Virus record (IMG/VR): IMGVR_UViG_3300034198_030405
Length of the DNA stretch: 20,000 bases
Direction: 5' to 3' (one strand)
Origin: an uncultured virus (IMG/VR IMGVR_UViG_3300034198_030405)
Taxonomy: Duplodnaviria > Heunggongvirae > Uroviricota > Caudoviricetes
The notes under the pieces: model-generated
What the model was told of the DNA's origin: nothing
The model's input: only the letters and a program-made list of their open reading frames with translations
Databases searched by the model: none
Translations under genes and position numbers: made by a program
Shown here: piece after piece, positions 7,942 to 16,978 of the stretch
Layout: each line of letters begins with the position of its first letter
How positions within the stretch are numbered: the stretch's first letter is position 1

Positions 7942-9729
7942 CTATTCACCTGCTTCAGGTGGTGCTGCTGCTGCTGCTTCTGGTGGCGCTTCAACTTCTG
8001 GCGGTGCCTCTACAGCTGCAGGCCCGCCTGCAAATTCAGGTGGAATACCTGCTGGGCCTGCACCACCGGCAGGGGGAGCACCCCCAGTCTCGCCACCTGC
8101 ACCACCACCACCACCACCTGCACCACCACCCATCATAAGTTTCCAATATGGACCAGAGTTAGTGATCTGATTAAGCTCCCATTCCAATTCTTTATCTGCG
8201 CGTAGATACTCTCTATTAGCTTTGATATCAATGTCACTCCAGCTGAGTAATTTTTTCTGCAAATATGTTTGAGAAATTGTTGCATTTGAAGCAAGGTTAT
8301 TAAAGTTGCTCACTTTAATTTCCAATCTCTGACTCTGGCGTAGCTCATAATAATTAGTAGGCGGATTAAATTCTACATCCAAATAATAATCTTTGAGATT
8401 CCATTTATCCCACAGCCCCTTGAGGTGTAGATGAGTAAAGAAACCTCTTTTGAGGCCCGTAGCAAACAACTGCTGCATTCTAATGACAAATCTTGCGAAT
8501 TTTAATTCTTCACGCAAAATTGAACTGTCGGCAGAAATTTGTGATTGTGGATCAAGTCTATTGACTGGTACTTTGAGTGCTTCGTATAGTTTTTTGACAA
8601 AATACATTAAGTCTGTCAATTCACCAAGATTCTGACCGCCAGGCAATTGTGTTACATTTGTACCTTCAGATCCAGCTCTCTTGGCAAACCAAAAACTATC
8701 CAGCATGCTCTGTGGGTTAAATTTTCTAACCACATCGTTCTGATCAACATCAAAAGTCTTGCTGCTCCAATATTGCTGAATAAGCTTGCGTAGATAAGCT
8801 TCTGCCTTGGGTGGTGCCATGTTGCCTACATCAACATTAAAAATAAGACGCTCTGGCGCACGCACCAAACGATAAATTACAATGGCATCTTCAATGAGAG
8901 ACAATTGACGATATGCACGGCGGGCGTTTTCAATGAAAGGCAGGCGCACTGTTTTATTTTGATTCCAAATGCCGCTGTTAATGTATACAACCTGATTCTC
9001 CTGCATAGGAATCATCTTCTCTTCAATTTTTTTCTTAGGATTAGTTGCATCAAAAATTGGCTTTCTATATAGAAAGCCTTTAACAATCATGTTTTGAATA
9101 TTGTTGTAAACTGGATCTACTAATTCCGTAGGCATTCTAATTGTGCCTAATACACCCTGCTCGGGATATTTTTTGTGAATGATGTGTTCAAAAAATAACT
9201 CCCCTTCAATTAAAAGTTCTCGAAAATATGCCCAGCCTTTATTTTCGAGATCATAGAACTGAATGTATTTCTGAAATTCTAGCTGCAGCTGTTCATGATC
9301 AACTGCGTCCATTGTGAAGTTTCTAAGCCTTATATTGACAATGTTGTTTTGTGAATCGCGATTAATCATTTCATCACAAACTTCATCCAATGCATTGGAT
9401 ACTTCTGCAAATGCCGCCATTACTCTGTAATCCTGCATGCGTGAACCTTTATCTTGTTGCACATTTGCATACATGAGATCCCCAAAGTTCACATCTTTGA
9501 ATTCACCATATCCTGCAGAGAACAGGTTAGATTGTGATACAGAATTTCTGGCAAGTGCTTCGTTTCTGCGAATACCGGTTTCTTCAAATGTTTTGAATTT
9601 AGGATTTTCTTTTTCTGTAAAATCCAGAACATTAAAACCAGAATATGGCAGCTTAGAAGAAATGTAGGTCATTAACTGCCTACCAAATGTTTGCTGCACA
9701 TTGGATTGATTACTATAAGAAGAGTCCAT
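7942..9729 (-). CDS. g20: Portal vertex protein gp20 with a Gly/Pro/Ala-rich C-terminal tail
   Basis: QL.LIEDAIVIYR..RAPER.IF.VDVGNM.P.KAE.Y, SML..FW..R.G..GT.V..LPGGQNLGE..D..YF.KKLY.AL.VP..R, I.REELKF..F..R. Confidence 0.97.
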   Translation of the reverse strand: MDSSYSNQSNVQQTFGRQLMTYISSKLPYSGFNVLDFTEKENPKFKTFEETGIRRNEALARNSVSQSNLFSAGYGEFKDVNFGDLMYANVQQDKGSRMQDYRVMAAFAEVSNALDEVCDEMINRDSQNNIVNIRLRNFTMDAVDHEQLQLEFQKYIQFYDLENKGWAYFRELLIEGELFFEHIIHKKYPEQGVLGTIRMPTELVDPVYNNIQNMIVKGFLYRKPIFDATNPKKKIEEKMIPMQENQVVYINSGIWNQNKTVRLPFIENARRAYRQLSLIEDAIVIYRLVRAPERLIFNVDVGNMAPPKAEAYLRKLIQQYWSSKTFDVDQNDVVRKFNPQSMLDSFWFAKRAGSEGTNVTQLPGGQNLGELTDLMYFVKKLYEALKVPVNRLDPQSQISADSSILREELKFARFVIRMQQLFATGLKRGFFTHLHLKGLWDKWNLKDYYLDVEFNPPTNYYELRQSQRLEIKVSNFNNLASNATISQTYLQKKLLSWSDIDIKANREYLRADKELEWELNQITNSGPYWKLMMGGGAGGGGGGAGGETGGAPPAGGAGPAGIPPEFAGGPAAVEAPPEVEAPPEAAAAAPPEAGE

Positions 9730-9760
9730 TCTAGTTATTTAGTTGCTTAACAGCGAACAG

Positions 9761-10912
9761 CTACACAACATTAATAAAAACACTTTGATTGGCGCTATAA
9801 GATGTGTCATATCCTGCCTCATTGATGACTGCAACGGTAAATTTACCTGCTGCAGAAAGTGTAGGCAGTGTAACTGTCATTACATTATCGTTAATAATGC
9901 TATAACTGTTAATTAAAAAACACGAAATAGGCGGGTAATATGCAAAGTTGAGTGCAGTCAATGACTTGTAAAATAATGCATTGCTGCTGCTAAGTGCTAC
10001 AGCAGATGTATTAGTGAATCTCTTGCCTAATAAAGTAATGGCTCCACCTGATACAAATGAATTAATGGTATAATTTGATGTAATGTTTTCACCGATGCCC
10101 GTTCTTGTTGCATAATATATATTGGTAATAGTTGGAGCAGCAGATATACTCACTGTTTCCACAAAACCTCCTATATTTGATGCGCTCAATGTTGCATACT
10201 CATCCAGCGTTGAGTATATGAAATTATATGGATTACCAGATAGTTGTCTGGTAGCATAAAAATTAGCATCAATGAAGAATATATTTTTTACTTTATTTGT
10301 TGGTGCTTCTGGGAATAACCAGCCTTTAATTGTAAAGCTTGTATCTGCAGTTACTCTATAAACATCTGTTGGTGTTTGGTCACCTGGATAAGCTAAACTA
10401 ATGGACCCACTCCAATCAACTTCTGTTCGTATTTCGTAAGTTTTGCTCAAATTATAAGATGCAGGAATTTTCCAGCTTATGATGAGATATGGATTTACAT
10501 ATGATGCAAAGTTGGAAATAATTTGTTCTAAATCTGTTTGATACTTAGCAATGATGCTCATGTTTACTGATACATTCACCGGTACAGGTGAAAATACCTG
10601 ATTAGAAAACGCAGCATACTCATTATTTGTGTCTGAAGCAGGGTAGTAGAATCCATCAAGCTTGTTAAAAACACGAGATGGATCTCTTGCAATTTGTGTA
10701 ATATGCAGAGATACAGCAGGCAATGTAATATTTTTGCCCTTGTTTATAATATCATACAGCACCCGCTGCTTGGGTGCATATATATACCGCACATTGATTT
10801 GATCTTTTGTTCCACGCGAGCCTGTGAATCTCTTAATCACACAATCATCAAATGCAGCAATGAATTGTGTGATTAGATCTTCAATCTCAAAATGAAATGC
10901 CTGGTTTTCCAT
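9761..10912 (-). CDS. g15: Tail sheath stabiliser/terminator gp15-like with C-terminal Ig-like extension
   Basis: YAPKQR, LP..S..I..I..D..R..NK and PVP.N......I.AK...D..QI......FNP-like (YVNP) motifs. The C-terminal part resembles an IPT/TIG domain (APTITNI, ITLLG.RF, D..MTVTLP, V.VIN.AG). Confidence 0.8.
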   Translation of the reverse strand: MENQAFHFEIEDLITQFIAAFDDCVIKRFTGSRGTKDQINVRYIYAPKQRVLYDIINKGKNITLPAVSLHITQIARDPSRVFNKLDGFYYPASDTNNEYAAFSNQVFSPVPVNVSVNMSIIAKYQTDLEQIISNFASYVNPYLIISWKIPASYNLSKTYEIRTEVDWSGSISLAYPGDQTPTDVYRVTADTSFTIKGWLFPEAPTNKVKNIFFIDANFYATRQLSGNPYNFIYSTLDEYATLSASNIGGFVETVSISAAPTITNIYYATRTGIGENITSNYTINSFVSGGAITLLGKRFTNTSAVALSSSNALFYKSLTALNFAYYPPISCFLINSYSIINDNVMTVTLPTLSAAGKFTVAVINEAGYDTSYSANQSVFINVV

Positions 10913-10927
10913 GCAGTTATTTATGCA

Positions 10928-12163
10928 TCATGCAAGCAATGCCGATACAGGTACACCCTTATCAGCAAGTTTGAATGGTCTACCTTCAGGCGATAATAGT
11001 ACATGATTGATAGGCAGACCTGCAGCTGCAGCAATGGTAGCATTAAAATCAGCTGGTGATATAATGTTTTCTACTGCTTTCATTCCCTTGTCATCAGACT
11101 TACCGTAAACTTGCCCACCTTTGATGCCTGCACCAATGAGTACACCACAAAATGCACCGGGGTGATGGTCGCGTCCATCATTAATGTTGATTATAGGTGT
11201 GCGTCCAAAGTCAGTAGCAATGACAATGAGTGTCTTGTTAAGTAGTCCACTTGACTGCAAATCATTAATGAGCGCATTTAGCGCTTGATCTAAAATGGCT
11301 AATTTTGTTTCTAAAGAATCAAAATTATCAACATGTGTATCCCACCCGCCATCAGAGACTTCAATGAATTTGCATCCACCTTTTTCAATGAGACGTTTTG
11401 CTAAGCAGCAGCCTTGACCAAAGCGATTGTTGCCATATCTTTCTCTAGCCATTGCATCTTCCTTGGATAAATCAAACACATCAATTTCAGTACTGTTGAG
11501 CAGGCGAATAGTTTGGTCATAAAATTCTGCATAACTTTTTTGTAATGGGTTCACAACCTTATTTGAGTCCCTTTCAAGTTGTTGCAAAATATATACTCGC
11601 TTGGAAAATTCTGATGCATCTTTAATTTTTGTGTTATCTAAACCTCTTACTGGATCAGCAATGGGAATGGGTGAATATTTTTTAGGCATCCAACCTGCAC
11701 CAGGATGATCAGCAGTACCTGAGATAAGTACATTCTCGGGAATGATTTTTTTCTCATGTGTATCTGTAAGATTGCACATCCATGCACCCAAATTTGGATG
11801 CACTATGGTACCAATTTTCTTAAATGAAGTTCTTTGAATGTATTGTGCACCAGCATGGTCTCCTGTTGTGACCATCATGCTACGAACAATGGACATTTTA
11901 TCACCATGCTTAGCAAGCTTAGACAAATGTTCAGAAATTTGATGACCGGCATTAGTAGTGATGGCATTAAATTTCCCCTTGACATCGGCATTAATTTTTG
12001 GGTCAAATGTATCCAAATGACTCATGCCTCCATTCATAAAAAGATAAATGATATGCTCTGCTTTACTGGCTGCGGGTGAAGCAGCAATGTTAGGAAGAAC
12101 TGTTACGCCCAAGCCTGCTGAAGCAAGATTGAGTACAAAGTTGCGACGTGTTAATGTTTCCAT
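10928..12163 (-). CDS. DUF1501 family protein (Planctomycetes/Verrucomicrobia type) with Tat signal
   Basis: N-terminal TRRNFV twin-arginine motif; IIYLFMNGGMSHLDTFDPK, YG.N.FGQGC.LA.RL.E.G..F.EV, GWDTH, DFGRTP.IN...GRDH.P. Confidence 0.9.
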   Translation of the reverse strand: METLTRRNFVLNLASAGLGVTVLPNIAASPAASKAEHIIYLFMNGGMSHLDTFDPKINADVKGKFNAITTNAGHQISEHLSKLAKHGDKMSIVRSMMVTTGDHAGAQYIQRTSFKKIGTIVHPNLGAWMCNLTDTHEKKIIPENVLISGTADHPGAGWMPKKYSPIPIADPVRGLDNTKIKDASEFSKRVYILQQLERDSNKVVNPLQKSYAEFYDQTIRLLNSTEIDVFDLSKEDAMARERYGNNRFGQGCCLAKRLIEKGGCKFIEVSDGGWDTHVDNFDSLETKLAILDQALNALINDLQSSGLLNKTLIVIATDFGRTPIININDGRDHHPGAFCGVLIGAGIKGGQVYGKSDDKGMKAVENIISPADFNATIAAAAGLPINHVLLSPEGRPFKLADKGVPVSALLA

Positions 12164-12167
12164 AATG

Positions 12168-13946
12168 TTATTTATTAAATTTAAATTCAGAACTGTTAAT
12201 TAGGGCCCAAATAATATCATCATTTTGACACCCTGCAAAGTTTGCCTTTTCAGCTATACTAGGCCTTCTTGATAGAATGGATTTAAAAATAATGTCAATG
12301 GTCTCTGCAGGTGATTTGCCAGAAACATTCTTTGCAAGTTGTGTGTTTGCATTAGCTGCAATGTCAATAAGCTGCCCATTCATAAAAGATATAACCTGTG
12401 TGACACTACCCTCTTTGCTGCTGGAATCGATAAGCTCTCGATCTCCTCTGCCCAACTGCTCTAAAATAGTATTAACATTACTGGTGTCGTTGACTTCGGA
12501 TGCACGCATTAAATTATAGTTTTTATACTTTGACACACCATCATATTTTCCACCAATTGCTTTTTGATAATCTGCATATTTGGTGCGAATATATTCTAGA
12601 GTCACATCATTTGACTGCATGAGCATAATTTTAGCATATGCATCATGAAAGGTTAATTTGAAGTTTTCCGGCGATTCAATGGCAATTGCAACAACTGAAT
12701 CCCAAAGTTGCTCTGCACTTAATCTATATTTTACTGGGCCAATGAATATAAACTTAGTAGAGTTCATATTAGCACCATCATACAACTCTCGTTGAAATAA
12801 TTTGGTATTATACAATACATATAGAAATTGTCTGCTATCATAATTTAATTTGATCATGATATCAGCTAAAACATTCATTAAATCACTTTGCAGCAAATCA
12901 CTATCATGAATATTGTCATACTGCCCAATGATGTACTTTCCAAATACCCATTTCCAATATCTATTGACAATGTTTTTAGTAAAGGTGGGATGATTGGCAT
13001 TCACCATCCATTCAACTGCATCTTTGCGCATATCATCCTTATTTTTGATGGTTGTCTTTCCGCTCAGTACCACTGGCTCAACAACATCAAATGGCTTACC
13101 ATCTGTATACTGATAGTCATGCGGCAATTTGAGCTGCTTATTAGCTTCAATTGTCAAGTCAGAACGCATGGCTCTAATAAAATTATTAATCTGATTGTTG
13201 AGACCTCTATTTTTTATTGGATCAGCTTTGATGAGTTCATCCATTTGTAGTCTTAATACTTTTATTTTTTCGTTAAATTCTTTACTATCTTTGCTGCGCA
13301 ATTCTACTTGATTGAATAGCGCTGCCATTCCATAAAATTGTTTTTGTGTAAAATCCTGGAATGGATCATCATGGCACTGTGCGCAACTAATGTTGATGCC
13401 TAAAAATACTTTGCTAGTGGCAATGAGGTTATCCATGGGCATACCCAAGTCTCTGTAATAATATCCTACCGCAGGTGAGGTAAAATAATTACCACTTGAA
13501 AGAAGTAAATCAGATACAAATTGATTGTACGGCTTGTTTGATGCTAGCTGGTCTTTGATATAGTCAATGTATACAGCACCATGAAAGTTATTGACATTGT
13601 TGAGTCTATCACGCAATCTTAATGATTCTGCCCAAAAATTAAACATGTGCGAAACATGCCCGGGATGTCTGATGAGATATTGAATCAAACCACTGCGTTT
13701 ATTTGCATCATTAACATTGCTAAACATTTGATATTCCTCAAATGTAGGATTGCGTCCTATGATGGCGAGATATGCTCGACGTACAAAAGCATCATCATTA
13801 ATGAATTGCAGAGGTGTAATTTTTGATACAACATACTGCTTATCTAGGACAGCGTCAATTTTTTTGCTATAACTGCTGAGCTGTTCAACAGTTGCACCAA
13901 ATGTCAACGTGCACATTCCTACTAAAACCGCAATTAATTTTTTCAT
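12168..13946 (-). CDS. DUF1549 + DUF1553 (PSD1-type) domain protein with Sec signal and CxxCH motif
   Basis: Signal MKKLIAVLVGMCTLTFGA; D..FVRR.YL.IIGR.PT, NKPY.QFV..LL, FLG..I.CAQCHDDPF, P.F..N.VNR.W...FG, RL.AEQLWDS, S..Q....MNG, DI.WALINS.EF.F. Confidence 0.9.
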   Translation of the reverse strand: MKKLIAVLVGMCTLTFGATVEQLSSYSKKIDAVLDKQYVVSKITPLQFINDDAFVRRAYLAIIGRNPTFEEYQMFSNVNDANKRSGLIQYLIRHPGHVSHMFNFWAESLRLRDRLNNVNNFHGAVYIDYIKDQLASNKPYNQFVSDLLLSSGNYFTSPAVGYYYRDLGMPMDNLIATSKVFLGINISCAQCHDDPFQDFTQKQFYGMAALFNQVELRSKDSKEFNEKIKVLRLQMDELIKADPIKNRGLNNQINNFIRAMRSDLTIEANKQLKLPHDYQYTDGKPFDVVEPVVLSGKTTIKNKDDMRKDAVEWMVNANHPTFTKNIVNRYWKWVFGKYIIGQYDNIHDSDLLQSDLMNVLADIMIKLNYDSRQFLYVLYNTKLFQRELYDGANMNSTKFIFIGPVKYRLSAEQLWDSVVAIAIESPENFKLTFHDAYAKIMLMQSNDVTLEYIRTKYADYQKAIGGKYDGVSKYKNYNLMRASEVNDTSNVNTILEQLGRGDRELIDSSSKEGSVTQVISFMNGQLIDIAANANTQLAKNVSGKSPAETIDIIFKSILSRRPSIAEKANFAGCQNDDIIWALINSSEFKFNK

Positions 13947-13951
13947 AATTA

Positions 13952-14719
13952 TTATTTATTCTTTTTATGCAATCTAAAATCAAAGTCATCTTGAAACTGA
14001 GATGTTGCTGCTTTATATGATTGTTTAGTTTCATCACTAGCATCATCTGTAAACTGCCAATACAATGACATAGGCACTGGCGACTTGAACCCAAACATCT
14101 CAAAAACTTGGCGCTGCGTTTGCATAACTTGTTTATCTTTCCAGTTGTGGCCTATTACTATGATGCCTGCTTCTTTATTTTCGAGTAAGTTGCTCTCACC
14201 CAAACAGCTCCATCTATTTTCTAACCATGTGAGTCGTTCTATGAGTTTTTGGTATATTGAATTAGTCTGTCCCCACCTCACACTTGTAAAAAATACAACT
14301 GCATTTGCTTCAAATATCTTGTTAGCAATTTTATAAATTTCATCATCTCTATGTTTAGCTTCCCAACATCTTATTAACCCAGTTGGATTTTTTGATGAAC
14401 TTTTTAATAGAGCATCTTTTGCACCGCAAATATTCCCAGACGCTAAACTAACATTACCGGAACAGCACCTAATATTGAGCTTATCTGCTTCAATGATGTT
14501 AATAGTTTGATCTGGAAGCATGTCTTTTATATGATATGCAAGTTGTGTAGATTTTGCTTTTTGTTCGGAACCAGACCATCTGTTGCTAGTTGTTACGAAC
14601 AAAACATTATTTTTTGATCTTAAAGAGTCAGCAAACTCATTCATCTCATTTTGCATTTGCGAAGTAGTGTGCAATTTTTTTTCCGAAATAATAGAATTAA
14701 AAGTATTGTTGAAGCTCAT
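13952..14719 (-). CDS. Flavodoxin-like / NADPH-dependent FMN reductase (iron-sulfur flavoprotein-like)
   Basis: TTSNR...KST FMN loop, Cys cluster CCSGNVS...NICG...RCW, DD..., VVF.TSVRWG...S.YQKLIERL, K.AG.IV.GHN. Confidence 0.8.
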   Translation of the reverse strand: MSFNNTFNSIISEKKLHTTSQMQNEMNEFADSLRSKNNVLFVTTSNRWSGSEQKAKSTQLAYHIKDMLPDQTINIIEADKLNIRCCSGNVSLASGNICGAKDALLKSSSKNPTGLIRCWEAKHRDDEIYKIANKIFEANAVVFFTSVRWGQTNSIYQKLIERLTWLENRWSCLGESNLLENKEAGIIVIGHNWKDKQVMQTQRQVFEMFGFKSPVPMSLYWQFTDDASDETKQSYKAATSQFQDDFDFRLHKKNK

Positions 14720-14746
14720 ATTTGTATTTAGAGAATAAATAGATAC

Positions 14747-15073
14747 ATGCCAGTACCTACAACAAACAATGGAGTTACATATTACAACCTCAATACATGT
14801 AAGTCTTTCAGCGTTGCATTAGACACCAATTTAAAAGCTCTTCCCTTTCAGGTGTGTTCAGAAGTCATTATAAAAAATACAACTGGGCAAGGCATTGCTG
14901 TATACGATCAAAACAATTTTGCTGTGTCAAATGCATTTCGCTTGTCAGCAGATCAAGAATTTACATTTAGAGGTCTTACCAACAGCTCACAAGTAAGCGC
15001 ACAAACAACCGCAGGTGCTGGTCAGCTGTCCATAAGAACACAGTTCTTTTCATTCTCTAATCAAGGCGTTTAA
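14747..15073 (+). CDS. Hypothetical beta-rich protein
   Basis: 108 aa ORF; AATAAATA (14734-14741) 5 nt before the ATG; stop overlaps the convergent DUF1501 stop. Confidence 0.75.
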   Translation: MPVPTTNNGVTYYNLNTCKSFSVALDTNLKALPFQVCSEVIIKNTTGQGIAVYDQNNFAVSNAFRLSADQEFTFRGLTNSSQVSAQTTAGAGQLSIRTQFFSFSNQGV

Positions 15074-16326
15074 ACAATGATTTGCTCAATGGGCTGAGCT
15101 TCATAGACAATTTCTACAGGGCGCAAATCAGGTGTCATGAGGGTCTTTCTAGGATTAATGCCCATGAGATGGTACATTGTAGCAGCTAACTGACCGGGGG
15201 TAACTGGATCTGTATCTGGTTCCGATGCTAATGCATCACTGGTTCCATATGCAAATCCTGCCTTGGTTCCGCCCCCAGCAAGTACAGAAGAGAATACACG
15301 AGGCCAATGATCGCGGCCATTGGTTTGATTGATTTTAGGTGTGCGTCCAAATTCAGATGTAACTAAGACTAATGTAGAATCAAGCAATCCGCGTTGCCTT
15401 AAGTCTGCAATAAGTGCAGCAAAAGCTTTATCAAAACTAACCATGTTTTGCTCAAATGCACTCTTGATGTTGCTATGATGATCCCAGCTACCATATGTTA
15501 CGGTGACCATTCGAACACCTGCTTCAACCAATCTACGTGCAAGCAGCAATCGCTGACCAGCAGCATTTTTTCCATATGTCTCTCTTACTGAATCTGTTTC
15601 TTTTGATATCTCAAATGCTTCACGAGCCTGGGTAGAAGAAATCATATTATAAGCATCATTATAAAACGAATCAGATGCTTTAATTGCATCAGCACGTGAT
15701 TCTCTTGTTTTAAAATAATCATCTACAATGCCGAGCATTTTTTTGCGTCGCTCAAACATCTCATTTGTCACACCAGTGGGCAGTTTTAGATCCCTGACTA
15801 CAAACGATGGATCCTCTGGATTTGAGCCTAGTGCAAATGGTCCGAAACGGGTTGATAAGTAACCAGTGCCATTCTCGGGAGCAAATTGATTTGGCACGAG
15901 CACATACGCGGGTAGATTGTTTCTACTGCCGAGCTCATGATTAATAACGCTTCCAAAAGAAGGGTAAGATAATGCTGGAGATGGCTTGTAGCCTGTGAGC
16001 ATATTATGTACTCCGCGCTCATGAGCAGCTTCACCATGTGTCATGGATCTTATGACTGTCAATTCATTGCTAATATTTGCCGTATTTTGCAGCAAAGAGC
16101 CAAAATAAACTCCATCAATTTTAGTCTTAATACCTCCAAAAGGTCCCCTGTAATCAGACGATCCATTGGGTTTATAGTCCCATGCATCCTGATGTGCAAT
16201 GCCGCCAGGTAGGAAAATTTGAATTACAGATGTTGCTTTTGCTGCATTTGTAGATTGCGCTCTGAGTAAAGCAGGAAGTGATGCACCTGCTGCAGCACCT
16301 ACTCGAATAAATTCTCTGCGGTTCAT
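15070..16326 (-). CDS. Second DUF1501 family protein with Tat signal, probable start MNRREF at 16326
   Basis: NRREFI twin-arginine motif; VIQIFLPGGIAHQDAWDYKP, YG...AGQR.LLARRLVEAGVR.VTV, WDHH, SEFGRTPKIN...GRDHWP. TAAATA 5 nt upstream. Confidence 0.9.
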   Translation of the reverse strand: MNRREFIRVGAAAGASLPALLRAQSTNAAKATSVIQIFLPGGIAHQDAWDYKPNGSSDYRGPFGGIKTKIDGVYFGSLLQNTANISNELTVIRSMTHGEAAHERGVHNMLTGYKPSPALSYPSFGSVINHELGSRNNLPAYVLVPNQFAPENGTGYLSTRFGPFALGSNPEDPSFVVRDLKLPTGVTNEMFERRKKMLGIVDDYFKTRESRADAIKASDSFYNDAYNMISSTQAREAFEISKETDSVRETYGKNAAGQRLLLARRLVEAGVRMVTVTYGSWDHHSNIKSAFEQNMVSFDKAFAALIADLRQRGLLDSTLVLVTSEFGRTPKINQTNGRDHWPRVFSSVLAGGGTKAGFAYGTSDALASEPDTDPVTPGQLAATMYHLMGINPRKTLMTPDLRPVEIVYEAQPIEQIIV

Positions 16327-16355
16327 ATGTGTATTTAACCAGTGTATATTACATT

Positions 16356-16685
16356 TCAATTGCTCTTATTATCGTCAAAGAACTTTATCGGATTTTTAGC
16401 AAATCTAGCAGCAATTTTTATTAAACCATTAATGAGTTCTGGGCTAACTACACCCACCACGCCATATACAATGGCTTTGGTTAAGCTAGCAAGTTCAGTC
16501 TGTTCAAGCACAAACCATGCAATGCCAGAGCAAAGAGATGCAGCAAGTATTCTTTTAAAAATTTCATAAGCTGAATGTCTTATTCCACTGCAAAGTATTC
16601 TTGCTCCCATGCCCGAAGCACCGACAATGAGGATAATCCACCCACCGCTTAAAAATTCATTAATTAAATTTTTGTGATCGCTCAT
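16356..16685 (-). CDS. Putative holin-like membrane protein
   Basis: 109 aa with about 3 hydrophobic segments and a charged C-terminus; late box at 16692-16699. Confidence 0.55.
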   Translation of the reverse strand: MSDHKNLINEFLSGGWIILIVGASGMGARILCSGIRHSAYEIFKRILAASLCSGIAWFVLEQTELASLTKAIVYGVVGVVSPELINGLIKIAARFAKNPIKFFDDNKSN

Positions 16686-16777
16686 TATTAATATTTATTT
16701 TTTGAGCTAGCTTAAAATGAAAAAATAAAAAAAATATAATAATGCTGCCATTATTATATTTTTTAGTGTAGAAGTTT

Positions 16778-16939
16778 TTAATGTATGGGTTTGACGGCAC
16801 TATCATCGTCATCGTCATCATCATCGTCAAATTCTTCGTGCTTAGGGGCAAAACTACATTCTAGGATGAATATAATTGTAATGACACCAACAACCCAGCC
16901 GCAGAAGAAAGCGCCTATTAAAGATATATAATTAATCAT
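16778..16939 (-). CDS. 53 aa single-TM protein with a poly-Asp tail (MINYISLIGAFFCGWVVGVITIIFILECSFAPKHEEF-D9-SAVKPIH); not in the ORF track
   Basis: Translated by hand: ATG 16939 to TAA 16778; the GAY repeat encodes 9 Asp. Confidence 0.6.
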   Translation of the reverse strand: MINYISLIGAFFCGWVVGVITIIFILECSFAPKHEEFDDDDDDDDDSAVKPIH

Positions 16940-16978
16940 AAGTTAAGAAGGATAAAATAAAATATACTAAATTATTCA

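Noticed and set aside
7919..8205. Plus-strand Pro/Ala-rich and Cys/Thr-rich ORFs
   Set aside because: Antisense shadows of the portal's GC-rich low-complexity tail.
16660..16851. ORF with poly-Met/Thr
   Set aside because: Off-frame reading of the Asp-codon repeat of the 16778..16939 ORF.
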